Source: Camelus dromedarius
Taxonomy: Eukaryota
NCBI RefSeq assembly: GCF_036321535.1
Contig: NC_087472.1
Location: 102,674,001-102,738,000 of the forward strand
Length of the DNA stretch: 64,000 nucleotides
Direction: 5' to 3'
Part shown: one piece after another, positions 49,825-63,039 of the stretch
Layout of the letters: every line of letters starts with the position of its first letter
Numbering within the stretch: the first letter of the stretch is position 1
Translations under genes and position numbers: made by a program
Notes under the pieces: model-generated
What the model was told of the DNA's origin: nothing
The model's input: the letters and a program-made list of their open reading frames with translations, nothing else
Databases searched by the model: none

Positions 49825-52660
49825 AAAGAAATAGATAATTTGAGCAGACCAATCACTAGAAGTGAAATAGGATCTATAATAATAATAACAACTCCCTGCA
49901 AATAAAAGTCCAAGACCAGATGGCTTCACTCAGGAATTGTACCAAACATACAAAGAACTTACACTCATCCTTCTCAAACTCTTCCAGAAGTTTGAAGAGG
50001 AGGGAACACTCCCAAAGTCATTCATGAAGCCACTATCATCACCCTGATGCCAAAATCAGACAAAGACACTTCCAAAAAAGAAAACTATAAGCCATTATCT
50101 CTGATGAATATAGATGCAAAAATTCTCAACAAAATATTAGCAGACCAAATCCAGCAACACATAAAAAAGATCATATACCATGATCAAGTTAGATTCATTC
50201 CAGTCACAAGGATGGCTCAACATACACAAATCAGTAAATGTGATATGCCACATTAACATAAGAAAAGGACAAAATTCACACGATCATCTCAATAGATGCA
50301 AAAAAAAAAAAGCATTTGATAAATTCAACATCCATTCATGATAAAAACTCTTACCAAAGCGGGTATAGAGGGAACATATCTCAATATAATAGCTCTGTAT
50401 GACAAACCCACAGCCAACATAATACTCAGTGCTGAAAAGCTGAAAGCGTTCCTGCTAAAATCTGCAACAAGACAAGGCTGCCCACTCTCACCACTTCTAT
50501 TCAACATTGTATTGGAAGTCCTAATCACAGTTATCAGATAAGAAAAAGAAATGAAAGGGATCCAAATTGTCAATATATGCACGTGTCATGATACTGTATA
50601 TAGAAAACCCTAAAGACTCCATACAAAACTACTTGAACTGATCAATAAACTCAGCAAGATAGCAAGATACAAGATTGACATAACAGAAATCTGTTGCATT
50701 TCTGTACACCAACAATAAAAAGGGACAGTAAAAAGACAATCTCTTTTAAAGTCACTTCAAAACAAAAAAACAAAACCAGGAATAAACCTGACCAAGGAGG
50801 TGAAAGACTTATAGGCTGAGACTATAAAACATCGATAAAGAAAACTGAAAATGATTCAGAGAAATGGAAAGATATCCCATGCTCTTGGATTGGAAGAATT
50901 AATATTGTTGAGATGGCCATACTTCCCAAAACAATCTACAGATTTAATGCGATCCCTATTAAATTACCCAGGACAGTTTTCACAGAATTAGAAAAAATAA
51001 TCCTCAAATTTATATGGAACCATAAAAGACCCAGACTTGCCAAAGCAGTACTGTTCTTGTTCCTCAAAGCTGGAGGCATAACCCTTCCAGGCTTTGGACA
51101 ATACTACAGAGATACAGAGTAATCAGAACAGTGTGGTACTGGCACAAAAACAGACGTATGGATCAATGGAACAAAAAAGAGTACCGAGCCCAGAAATAAC
51201 CCCACACACTTATAGTCAATTAATCTTTGACAAAGGAGACAAGAATATACAATGGAGAAAAGATAGTCTCTTTGGCCAGTGGTGTTGGGAAAGCTGACAG
51301 CTGCATGTAAATCAATGAAGTTAGAACACTCCCTTACAACATACACAAGAATAAACTCAAAATGGCTTAAAGACTTAAATTTAAGACATGACACCATAAA
51401 ACTCCTAGAAGAGAACACAGGAAAAACATTCTTTGACATAAATCGTAGCAATGTTTTCTTAGGTCAGTCTCCTAGGACAATAGAGATAAAAGGAAAAATA
51501 AGCAAATGGGACTTAAATTCATAAGTTTTTGCACAGTAAAGGAAACCATAAACAAAATGAAAAGACAGCCTATGGACTGGGAGAAAATATTTGCAAATGA
51601 TGTGGCTGACAAGGGTTTAATTTCCAGAATATATAAATAGCTCAGACAACTCAAAAAAAAAACCCAACCCAATCAAAAAATGGGCAGAAGACCTAAATAG
51701 ACATTTCTCCAGAGACATACAGATGACCCATAGGCACATGAAAAGATGTTCAACATTACTAAATATTAGAGAAATGCAAATCAATATTACAATTAGGTAT
51801 CACCTTATACTGGTCAGAATGGCCATCATTAAAATGTCTACAAATAATAAACGATGGAGAGGGTGGGAGAAAGGGGAATCTTCCTACACTGTTGGTGGGA
51901 ATGTAGTTTGGTGCAGCCACTATGGAAAACAGTATGGAGATTCCTTAAAAAACTAAAAATAAGAGTTATCGTATGATCCAGCAACCTCACTCCTGGGCAT
52001 GTATCCAGATAGAACTATTTCAAAAAGACACATGCACCCCAATGTTCACAGCGGCACTATTCACAATAGGCAAGACATGGAAGCAACCTAAATGTCCACT
52101 GATGACTGGAGAAAAGATGTGATACACACACACACACGTGTGTGTGTGTGTGTATATATATATGTATGTGTGTGTACACACACAAACACACACACATACA
52201 ATGGAATATTTTCAGCCGTAAAAAAAGAATGCAATAGTGCCATTTGCAGCAACAGGAATGGACATAGAGATTATCATACTAAGTGAAGTAAGTCAGACAG
52301 AGAAAGACAAATACCATATGATATCACTTGTATGTGGAATCTAAAAAATGATACAAATTAATTTATGTACAAAACAGCCTCACAGACAGAAAGCATACTT
52401 ATGGTTACCAAATGGGAAGTGGCATGGGGGAGGGATAAATTAAGAGTTTGGGAATGGCAGATACTAACTGCTATATATAAAATAGATAACCAACTATGCC
52501 TACTGCATAGCACAAGGAACTATATTCAATATCCTGTAATAAACCAGAAAGGAAAAGAATATGAAAAAAATATATATATAACTAGATCATTATGCTGTAC
52601 ACTAAAAACTAACACAACGTTGTAAATCAACTATACTTAAGTTAAAAAAAAAAAAAAAAA
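49825..52660 (+). mobile_element. Degenerate artiodactyl L1 (ORF2, 3' UTR, poly(A))
   Basis: ORF2 fragments at 50047, 50338, 50913, 51279 and 51723; poly(A) at 52644-52660. Confidence 0.93.
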
Positions 52661-52989
52661 GATCTCCTTTCCTCTCTGTTCTGCCTTAGTTAAGCTCACT
52701 ATATTTGACACTACCTCCCTTAAGCTTTGGGAACTGCTGGTCCTTTCCAGCATAGCTACTCTCCCAAATCAAAGCTACTGAGTCAGCCTCTTACCTTTTC
52801 TCCCTCTTATCCCCACTGAATAATTTACCATTTTACCCTCCCGTCTTGGAGTGGTCCAGTCTCTTGGACATTTTTGCCAATGTCCCCTGGCTCCTTGCCC
52901 TCTTCCCTGGCAAGATTTCTAGGAATCAGGGTTAAACTATGCACAGTGTGTGGGAGTGTGTGTGCAACAGAGTCTATGTGATGAACTTC

Positions 52990-53135
52990 TTGCCCTTACT
53001 TGCTTAGTTATTTCCCATTTGACATTAAAGTATCCATAAAGGCAAGATGCTGTTCTGTTCATCACTATGTCCCCAGCATCTAGCACAGAGCTTGATGTTA
53101 ACCTGCTCCATGAACAGTTACTGAATAAATGACCT
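52990..53135 (+). mobile_element. L2 3' end
   Basis: 'tctgttcatcactatgtccccagcatctagcacagagc...tgaataaatga'. Confidence 0.7.
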
Positions 53136-53439
53136 CTTCCTCATACAGAGGCTTTTTGAACAGCATTTCCCTCATGAAAGTTCTCAGATGACTCGTGGTC
53201 AAACCAAGTAACAAATAAGCAACGTATTTCTGTGACTTACGAAGAAGCTAGCACCCACAGAAGATGGACTCTTTTTCTCCAACAGAAAGAACAGGTCAAA
53301 TAGTGGACAAAAAAAAATAAGATGAGGTATGTTGGTCTTCAGCAACCCCCTAGCATTTCATTTTCCTTCAGCCAATAGCATCCCGTCACACCTAATGACC
53401 TCATAGATTTTCCCTTCTCTTAACTAAAACAGACATTGT

Positions 53440-54000
53440 GGTAAAATATTTATCAAGTATTGATATTTGTTAGTCCCCATGCTAAGACTTTCACTTGTAT
53501 CTCTTACAGTGTCCATGACAACATTTCCATGAAACAGATGATTAGTCCCATTTTCCAGATGAGAAACTGAGGCAACGAGGTTATTAGTGTCAGTGTCAGT
53601 TTTTGATTCATAGTAAGTACTCAGTAAGTAGTAGCTACTGTTGTTATTTTTTTTTTAAATTATGGAAGTGTCCCATGGGAGGTATGGAGAAAGTGCTTTT
53701 GTAGTTGAGACAATATGGTGATGAACTGCCCAATGCAGTCACTGTGTCAGAGAGAGGGGAGGGGGTCTGAGAAAATGAGGAAGAAGTTTTCATTCTCAGA
53801 TAATTAACGTATGTGTGTATCTGTTTGAGAAGAAGTAAGGCAAAATGTCCTAAAGATTATCATAGGGGCACAAAGGAAGCACAGAGGAAGATGACCACCA
53901 ACCACATGAAGGAGGTAGCATTTGAAATAAACTTGCAGGGAGAGGCTGGATTTCCTATACAGACAAAGGCAGAGGTGGGAGAGGACAGGGCACAACTGGG
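53440..54000 (-). mobile_element. MIR and L2 fragments
   Basis: 'cccattttccagatgagaaactgaggc' (MIR) and 'gaaggaggtagcatttgaaataaacttg' (L2). Confidence 0.6.
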
Positions 54001-54706
54001 GAATGATGGACTGTCTCGTGGCCTTGGCCCACTTCTCATGCTGTCCTCCCCACACCTACAGTCTATTTTGATGAATACAGGGGAGCAAAGAGAATAGACC
54101 AATTTTACCTCTTTTTTGACTTTGAAATGATCTGAAGACAGTTCTCCCACTCCCCCTATTTTCCAAGACAAAGCCCTTCAGTTTCCCTGGACACGATTTG
54201 TAGCTACATTATCATCAGCTTCATTGGCTTCCAGATGACTCATTCTCTCCACCCTCCACCCTGCAAACCTGAAGCTTCCAATGGAGATGGAGAATTAAAA
54301 TCCCCATGTACGAGTCACTTAAGTAACTCTACCAAAATAAAAACAAAAACCAACCTAAAAATTAATGGAGTTTTGAGAAGGCCAAAATCAGTATTTCAAA
54401 TAGGGCAGAGAATGTATCCTAACCATCTTCATCTTTGGTTGCCTATTTATTGGCACAGTGACTTGAAACTTGGGGGATAATATTAAAGAAGTTGTATTTC
54501 TTAGTTAGGAGACCCTTGAGTCATTACAAGGGGATTATGAGGTATCATGAATATTTAATGAGCTTAACGTATTGCTTTAATGGAAATCTTTGGTTACTTT
54601 GGTTTTCAGATTTTCTATCTTGCTCTCCTGCTTTAATCATTGCAAATTATTTTCTGCAGGAACTAATTTCTAGATCTCAATAGCATATCAAAGAAAAGTA
54701 TAGGGG

Positions 54707-57206
54707 AATCCTCACCAAAATTTTAGCAAATAGAATCCAACAACACATAAAAAAGATTATACATCATGACCAAGTGGGGTTCATCCCAGGGACACAAGGC
54801 TGGTTCAACATACGCAAATCAATCAGTGTAATACATCACATCAACAAGAGAAAGGACAAAAACCGCATGATCATCTCAATCGATGCAGAAAAAGCATTTG
54901 ATAAAATTCAACACCCATTTATGATAAAAACTCTCGCCAAAGTGGGTATAGAGGGAACATACCTCAACATAATAAAAGCTATATATGACAAACCTACAGC
55001 CAGCATAGTACTCAACGGTGAAAAACTCAAAAGCTTCCCACTAAAATCTGGGACAAGACAAGGATGCCCACTATCACCACTCCTATTCAACATAGTCCTG
55101 GAAGTCCTAGCCACAGCAGTCAGGCAAGAGAAAGAAATAAAAGGGATCCAAATTGGAAAAGAAGAGGTAGAAGTGTCACTATATGCCGATGACATGTTAC
55201 TATATATAGAAAACCCTAAAAGGTCCACACAAAAGCTACTAGAGCTGATTGAAGAATTCAGCAAGGTAGCAGGTTACAAAATTAACGTTCAAAAATCAGT
55301 TGCATTTCTTTACACTAATGATGAATCAACAGAAAAAGAAAGTAAAGAAACAATCCCCTTTAAAATAGCACCCAAAGTAATAAAATATCTGGGAATAAAT
55401 CTAACCAAGGAGGTGAAAGATTTATACACAGAAAACTATAAACCATTGATGAAGGAAATTAAAGAAGACTTTAACAAATGGAAAGATATTCCATGCTCTT
55501 GGATTGGAAGAATCAATATTGTTAAAATGGTCACACTGCCCAAGGCAATCTACAGATTTAATGCAATCCCTATCCAATTACCCAGGACATATTTCACAGA
55601 ACTAGAAAAAATTATAATAAAATTCATATGGAACCATCAAAGACCCAGAATTGCCAAAGCATTACTGAAGAGAAAGAAAGAGGCTGGAGGAATAACTCTC
55701 CCAGACTTCAGACAATACTATAGAGCTACAGTCATCAAGACAGCATGGTATTGGTACCAAAACAGACATATAGACCAATGGAACAGAATAGAGAGCCCAG
55801 AAATGAACCCACAAACTTTTGGTCAACTCATCTTTGACAAAGGAGGCAAGAATATACAATGGAATAAAGACAGTCTCTTCAGCAAATGGTGTTGAGAAAA
55901 CTGGACAGCAGCATGTAAAACAATGAAGCTAGAACACTCCCTTACACCATATACAAAAATCAACTCAAAATGGATTAAAGACTTAAACATAAGACAAGAT
56001 ACAATAAACCTCCTAGAGGAAAACATAGGCAAAACATTATCTGACATACATTTCAAAAATTTTCTCCTAGAAGAAATAAAAGCAAGAATAAACAAATGGG
56101 ACCTCATGAAACTTACAAGCTTCTGCACAGCAAAGGAAACCAGAAATAAAACAAGAAGAAAACCTACGGAATGGGAGAAAATTTTTGCAAGTGAAACCGA
56201 CAAAGGCTTGATCTCCAGAATATATAAGCAGCTCATACGACTCAATAAAAAAAAAATAAACAACCCAATCCAAAAATGGGCAGAAGACCTAAACAAGCAA
56301 TTCTCCAAGGAAGACATACAAATGATCAAAAAGCACATGAAAAAATGCTCAATATCACTAATTCTCAGAGAAATGCAAATCAAAACTACAATGAGGTATC
56401 ACCTCACACCAGTCAGAATGGCCGTCATTAAAAATCCACAAATGACAAATGCTGGAGAGGCTGTGGAGAAAGGGGAACCCTCCTACACTGCTGGTGGGAA
56501 TGCAGTTTGGTGCAGCCACTATGGAAAACAGTGTGGAGATTCCTCAAAAGACTAGGAATAGACTTACCATATGACCCAGGAATCCCACTCCTGGGCTTGT
56601 ATCCAGAAGGAACTCTACTTCAGGATGACACCTGCACCCCAATGTTCATAGCAGCACTATTTACAATAGCCAAAACATGGAAACAGCCTAAATGTCCATC
56701 AACAGGTGACTGGATAAAGAAGAGGTGGTATATTTATACGATGGAATACTACTCAGCCATAAAAACCGACAACATAATGCCATTTGCAGCAACATGGATG
56801 CTCCTGGAGAATGTCATTCTAAGTGAAGTAAGCCAGAAAGAGAAAGAAAAATACCATATGAGATCGCTCATATGCGGAATCTAAAAAACAAAAACAAAAA
56901 CAGACAAACAAACAAAAACAAAGCTTAAATAAAGGACAGAAATAGACTCACAGACAGAGAATACAGACTTGTGGTTACCAGGGGGGTGGAGGGTGGGAAG
57001 GGATAGACTGGGATTTCAAAATTGTAGAATAGACTACACTGTATAGCACAGGGAAATATGCACAAAATGTTATGATAACTCACAGAGAAAAAAATGTGAC
57101 AATGAGTGTGTATATGTCCATGAATAACTGAAAAATTGTGCTGAACACTGGAATTTGACACAACATTGTAAAATGATTATAAATCAATAAAAAATGTTAA
57201 AAAAAA
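54707..57206 (+). mobile_element. Young 5'-truncated LINE-1 (~2.5 kb)
   Basis: Close relative of 22047-25651 with the same 3' UTR type; A-tail at 57199; imperfect TSD aaaagt(a)tag; a short G run at the 5' junction is not present in the L1 sequence. Confidence 0.97.
54774..56884 (+). pseudogene. L1 ORF2p RT and C-domain, disrupted
   Basis: 373-aa frame with [10 protein letters not shown] and YADD; TGG->TGA stop at 55893-55895; frameshift near 56430; ends at RSLICGI. Confidence 0.95.
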
Positions 57207-58619
57207 GTTAGAAATGAATAATATTATCCCCAAGTTATAGTTACTAAAGTATTTAATTTATGTAACAATAAATTCTCCCAAATTATGGCTTTAGGGCACA
57301 CTCAAAATTAAACATGGTGCTTGCCCCTCAAGGGACTTTCAGGCCGACCAGGGTGGGACATCTGCCAGCAATAAAAGCATTACCCTTAACCAAGAGTCAT
57401 TTGGTAGGACAGACCAGCAGTTTTACAAATAAAATATTTGGGGAATGTAGTCCCACTCTTCTTCTGGGCACTGTTTTGAGAGCTTCCCCTCTGGCAGCAC
57501 CATACAAGCGTCCTATCCCTCTTAATTATAATCTCAATTTCAAAAAGCAATGCATTTTTGGTTGAAATAAAAATCAATTGAATAGATTGAAAATAAATTG
57601 AAATAAAGATCAGTGTAAAGGAAAAGCTAGTCCGTTTTATGATGAGTTCCCATGTTTGAAATAGAAGATCAGGTTAAGCCATCAAAATAGTTAAAATTCT
57701 AGAAGATGGTAAAGTACCATTTACACCGAACACGTGGGGCATTGTGCTTTTAGCAGAAGGCGTATAAACAAGGCTTAGGACTTGTAAATGAACAAACAAC
57801 TTTCATTGTAGGCCTGGACCAGGAAATAAGTTTGTTTGACAGTGAGTTTTTGAGAAACCAACTCAGAGAATGACAGCTGCATTATTCAGTATGAAAAGAA
57901 TTTTCACAGAGAGCAAACACTCATCCATTTTCCCACATTTGAAAACTTTCTTCCTTAGTGAAACAGCTCATTTACATTTCCGTAGAGAAAAGCCTGCTAT
58001 GCAAACTTCCAGAATCAGGCTTGCGTTTCAAAATTCTTAAAAACATGCCCGAATGATGAAGAAGATTAATCACCCTCATTCAATGAACACTAAGACAATG
58101 TTGAGGCCAAGAAGAAAGCTGGAGGGGGACCAGAGGAAAATCGAAGTATGTTGACACGCACCATCACATGCCCTTCCCTGTCTCATTTTACAGTGTTGCC
58201 TTTCCCTACCACCTCCTGCTCCCCTAGTTGTCCCCCAAAGCTTCCCAGTTCAAATACAGGTCCATAAGCAGTAGGAGTAACACCAAAGACCCAAACCTCA
58301 CCCTTGGGATTGCATGACTTTCCATGCCTTGTGCCTGCCATGAAAAAGGTTGTCATCTAGCCTCCTTTATAAAGAGTTGTGCCTGGGAGAACTGAGTCCC
58401 CTGGGATCTCTTGGGGAAAAGGATGGAGCAAATGTGTATGGCAAACAAGTATTCATGAGGGATGTTTGGACAGGTTGATGATCAAAGCTAATTGCAGATA
58501 ACTAATGAGGATGGGAAGATGCTCAGGACTGCCAAGTCCTTGAGCAGGGGGATTAACACTCAAAACAGAAAACCTAAACAAAGTAGGGAAATCCATGATC
58601 AAAAACTCTGAAGACTGAT

Positions 58620-59740
58620 GCCAATGCCACACACCGAAAGTTCCTCCAAATGGAACAAAGATCTAAAATTTTTTTTTAAAGAAACAATAGAAGAAAACAT
58701 GGGTGAATTCCTTTATAACCTGGAAGTGATGAAAGCCTTTCTAATTATGAAACAAAATCCAAAAGCCAGAAAAGAAGAGATTAGTTTACATACTAGACTA
58801 CATTTAAAAAGCAGGAACACATTTTTGCCTGGCTAAAAGGACAATAAGAAAAGGCAGAGGACAAATGACAAACTGGGAAAAGCTTCTATAACTTAGGTCA
58901 CAAAATAAAGGTTAACATCCTTCCTAAAATCTACAGGAAAAAGACCAAAAGCAAAATAGAAAAATGGGCAATATAGCAAAAGAGATGTAAGCAGGGCTTT
59001 ACCCTTTTAAAAAGATGACCAGGCTCACCAATAATAGCAGAAATACAGATTAAAATACATTGAGTGACTGTTTCTGTTTCAAAGTTTGACAGCACACTCC
59101 GTAGGTGAAGCTAGAAGAAACACACCCATAACACATTGCTGGTGGGAAAGCAAACTGTAACTTCTACAAAAGGGAGTTTCATAATATCTAAAGAAATTAG
59201 AGATGTATTTACTCTTTGACCCAGGAACTCCTCTGCTAGGAATCCATCTTCAAGGTATTCCTGCATACTGATGAAATGACAGATGACAAGGCTATGGATT
59301 GCAATACTATTGGAACAGCAAAATACTGGAAACAACCCAAACCTGCATGATATAGGACTAGTGAAAATCAACTGTGGTATGTTCATACTGTGGAGTTCTA
59401 TGTGGCTGTAAAAATGGACTGAGAAAGACACTGATAATGTTGTGGTCTCCAGGCTACTTTGTTCAGTGACAAAGCACAAGGTGCAGGACTGTGTATGCAG
59501 GAAGCTCTATTTTGTGCAATAAAGGGGTGGGAGAGGAGAAAACATCTACGTATTTGCTTCTATTTGCAGGAAGACATGCTAGAAGAATAAATAAACAACT
59601 TATTAAACGGTTGCCTCTAGGGTGTGGGAGGTGGGAGGGGTGAGAATGAAGGGAGGAGGCAAGACTTACCCAGGGAACCTTTTTACACAGTTTATACTCC
59701 GAAACACGTCAGTGTTTTACATATTCAAAAAATAAATTCA
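58620..59740 (+). mobile_element. Ancient L1 (L1MC/ME) 3' region
   Basis: 'agaagaaaacatgggtgaat', 'gctggtgggaaagcaaact', 'tttgacccaggaactcctctgctaggaatc'. Confidence 0.8.
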
Positions 59741-59961
59741 GAATTTCTCAACAAATGCCTAAGGTGAACATCAAAGGAAATACATGCTCTCACTTACTAT
59801 CAACTTGATAACCTGGCCATTTGGAGAGAAAGTATGTTTCAAGAGACCCGAGAGCCCAGGACTGTGCCTCCTCACTGTGCTCCCCCTGTAATGCTGAAAG
59901 GCAAGGAGAGCCCTGAGAAACTGAAGTGTCATTATCAGGATGAGACTCTTTTAAGAGAGAC

Positions 59962-60430
59962 AGAGTCCTGCTAACATTTGTGGGGCCTGAGGCAAGAATA
60001 CAATGGATGTCTACACGCCAGCTGTCTAAGTGGTTAAAAGCTGTCAGTCAAGGTAACAGATTTAAATATGTTCTCTCCCACTGCCATGACTGGAAGGCCA
60101 GGTTGGAATGGAGGCTTCTTGGACTCTGGGCTCCACAGCATAAAGGTCTGCCCCTCACCATGAGAGGACCCCATGCATACATGTCGATATCCCAGGCCAC
60201 GTATTAAAGCTCCCCCCATCCCTTCCCAACAAAGAGCAATTGTTTGGCCATTCCTCAAGCTTAGCACAGAACACACTAGCTGGGGAGTCTTAGGGAAGAT
60301 GTTTGCTTGGGCCCTGGAAGTAGGCTTGAAGCCTTTTGGGGAGGAAATTCCAGGACCTGGGGTCTCTGAAGTATGGTCTAGAAAGGGGAAGCACAGTGAG
60401 CACATCTGCCTGCCCAGATCTTAGTCGGCA
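59962..60430. mobile_element. MER115-like hAT-Tip100 transposon
   Basis: 'ggggcctgaggcaagaatacaatgga...tgtctaag...aaatatgttct...gactggaaggccaggtt'. Confidence 0.65.
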
Positions 60431-61189
60431 TTGAGAAGAATATGGCAAGATGACTTGTTACAGTACAAAGTGTTACTTATTCTCTCATTATCCATTTCCA
60501 TTCTTTCCAACAAGCCCTAGTGTTTCCTTGCTTCAGGGAATTTTTGCAGGCCACAACATTTCCATTTGCTTCTGTGAGGTAAGGTGATGGTGCTGGAGAG
60601 AAGTGTCGTTGAGAACAGCAAGAGGGAGAGGGAGAGAGATTTGTTTAGAACTGGAAAATGGTTGGAAATTGTACATCTTGGACAAGTGGGGGGGTCTCTT
60701 AAGAAGAAGAGGAGATAGACATGTGCTCAGGGCACCATCTTGAACCCTCTGGGGATAATTCTCAAGACTCTAGAAAGCTGATGGAATATGGTTTTCAATT
60801 TGGACTATTTGATTATGGAACCCATACTAATAAACAGCAGCTTGGAGGCTTGGTTCTAAAGAACAGTAATATACAAGTGCCTGTGATAAGAAAGTTTATG
60901 CTTTCAATGGGCCAAAATTTTACTTATTTTAATTACTACTCCTTATTGAATCTGATCATCAACTCACCGTCTTGGCAGTGCCAATATGACATACATATGA
61001 CTAGGTAAATACAAGACAAGATTCTCTGTTTTTCACTAAAAGTTATCCTTGATGCAGGTGGTCTTACCTATTGAACAAACGACTCTTACTTGCCTTGGTG
61101 TTATCCAATCCTTCCCCGGTTTTACTTGAGGGATAATGTCCAGTAAAGTATGCATATAAGCATACGTCTGGTTACATAACAGCTTAGAG

Positions 61190-61862
61190 TAGTGCTATTC
61201 AGAGTGCGGTCTGAAAGCAACCCCTGGGCTGATGCCGGCCCACAAACTAAGTTAGCGCTCCAGCAAGTAAGTAAACAAACTGTGAACAAGAGCTTGAGAA
61301 GCATTAAAAAATCTCTAACATGGTTGAAACTGAAAATGTGCTAAATGAAATAAGACAGACACAAAAGAACAAATATTGCATAATTCCACTCATGGGGTAC
61401 TTAGAATACACAAATTCAGAGAGACAAATTAGAATGGTGCTTATCAGGGGCTGAGAGAGGGAGGAAAGGCGATTTAGTGTTATGGGTACAGAGTTTCCAG
61501 TTGGGGAGATGAAAAAGTTCTGGAAACCGATAGTGATGATGGTTGTACAACATTGTGAATGTACTTAATATCAGTGAAATGTACATTCAAAAATGGTTAA
61601 AGTGGTAAATTTTGTTATACATATTTACAATAAAAAGTATTTTAAAAAGCCATTTATAGAATATTTTTCTGTTTATTGGATCTAATAATAAAAATCAGGT
61701 GTTGCATCTTGCATGTCTCTAGGTTTTGTCCCTATTTCCCTTTGTTCAAGGGATCCATTTCTATTGGATTTGTAGGAAAGTAATGGTCCACAAGAGATAA
61801 AGTTAAAACAAAACATACAGAACGAACCTGGTGCTTCAGCACAAGTACTTTGAGATGCACTG
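61190..61862. mobile_element. MER119-like hAT-Charlie element interrupted by an L1
   Basis: Termini 'tagtgctattcagagtgcggtc' and 'tttgagatgcactg'. Confidence 0.55.
61310..61640 (+). mobile_element. L1MB-type 3' end
   Basis: 'gggtacagagtttcc...gatgaaaaagttctgga...gtgatgatggttgtacaacattgtgaatgtacttaat'. Confidence 0.85.
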
Positions 61863-62249
61863 TGCTATGGGTTGAATTATGTCCCCCCACTTTCCTAATT
61901 CATATGTTGAAGCTCTAACTGCCAGTGTGGCTATATTTGGATAAGAAAGTTACTAAGGTTAAATCAGGTCACAAGGGTGGTGCCCTAATCCAATAGATTT
62001 AGTGTCTAGAGAGCTGGCTCCTGGCTTGCTCTCCCACACACACTCTCTCTCTCTCTCTCTCTCTCTCATTTGAAGACAGTGAGAAGATAGCCATCTATAA
62101 GCCAGAAAGAGGGCTCTCACAAGAACTGAATTGGTTGGCACCTTGAGCTTGTACTTTCCAGCCTCTAGAGCTATGAGAAAGAAATTTCTATTGTTTAAGC
62201 CACCCAGTTTGTGCTATTTTGTTACGGCAACCAAAGCTGACTAAATACA
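61863..62249 (+). mobile_element. MLT1A0-like solo LTR with perfect 5-bp TSD
   Basis: tgctatggg...ctaaataca; TSD cactg at 61858-61862 and 62250-62254; internal (CT)n. Confidence 0.9.
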
Positions 62250-63039
62250 CACTGGCTTAGAGGATCAGTGCGAAATCCCTGCTGCTGGCCTATGATCTGC
62301 CTTCAACTCGAGGAAGCCATGCTGGAGGTTGTATGGGAGAATAAAAGAGCAGCTCGGTTATGTGAGATTGAGGGGAAAAAAAAAAAAAAAGTGTCTCTGA
62401 AGTGTTTTGACGACATCCTGGGTCTTAACTTCAGGATTCAGGGGGAGAAACAGACTAGGATAAACTGAGAATATTCACAATGTTTTAAATAGGGAGAACT
62501 GTGCTGTTGAATAATAATGTCAATGCTAACTAGAAGATGTTAACAAATCCTAGTCTTGTGAAAGCTTGTGACCCTCATTTGAACCAGTGTTCATAGAGGT
62601 TGAAACAGTGACCTTTTATTTAGGCTGAATGGAAAGTAAAATTATTATTGAAAAGTTGGCTGCAATTCTAGGGTAAGACACCGCTATTATCTATCACAAT
62701 GAAAGAAGAGAAGAACCACTTCTATTCTGATCAAAAGATGCAGGGCACTGAGAAGCAATTTAATCTAACTCCATACTTTGTGCATTTGATATAAAACTGA
62801 ATATCAAAGTTTCTTCTTTTGGAGTCGTTTTGTAGTGACACGTTCAAACCCTAGAGATGTGAGACCCAGGGAAATAAAAATGTGGACTCCTTTGTCTGTG
62901 AGGGTGCCATCAGTGTGCTTGCTGAATTGGTCTACGATTTGGAGTTCTGTGGATCAGTTTCTCCTTCTAGTCTACCATCCTTGTAGCCTGTCACAAGCAT
63001 TCAGAAGACCCTCTCTAGGATCGGGGTAGAGTCTGCAGA

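Noticed and set aside
42830..52660. One ~10-kb full-length autonomous L1
   Set aside because: ORF2 segments overlap redundantly and there are four 3' ends, so it is a stack of several decayed elements. No enclosing TSD was found.
57560..57610. Structured repeat (ttgaaata-like units)
   Set aside because: Short, degenerate AT-rich low-complexity sequence with no further structure.
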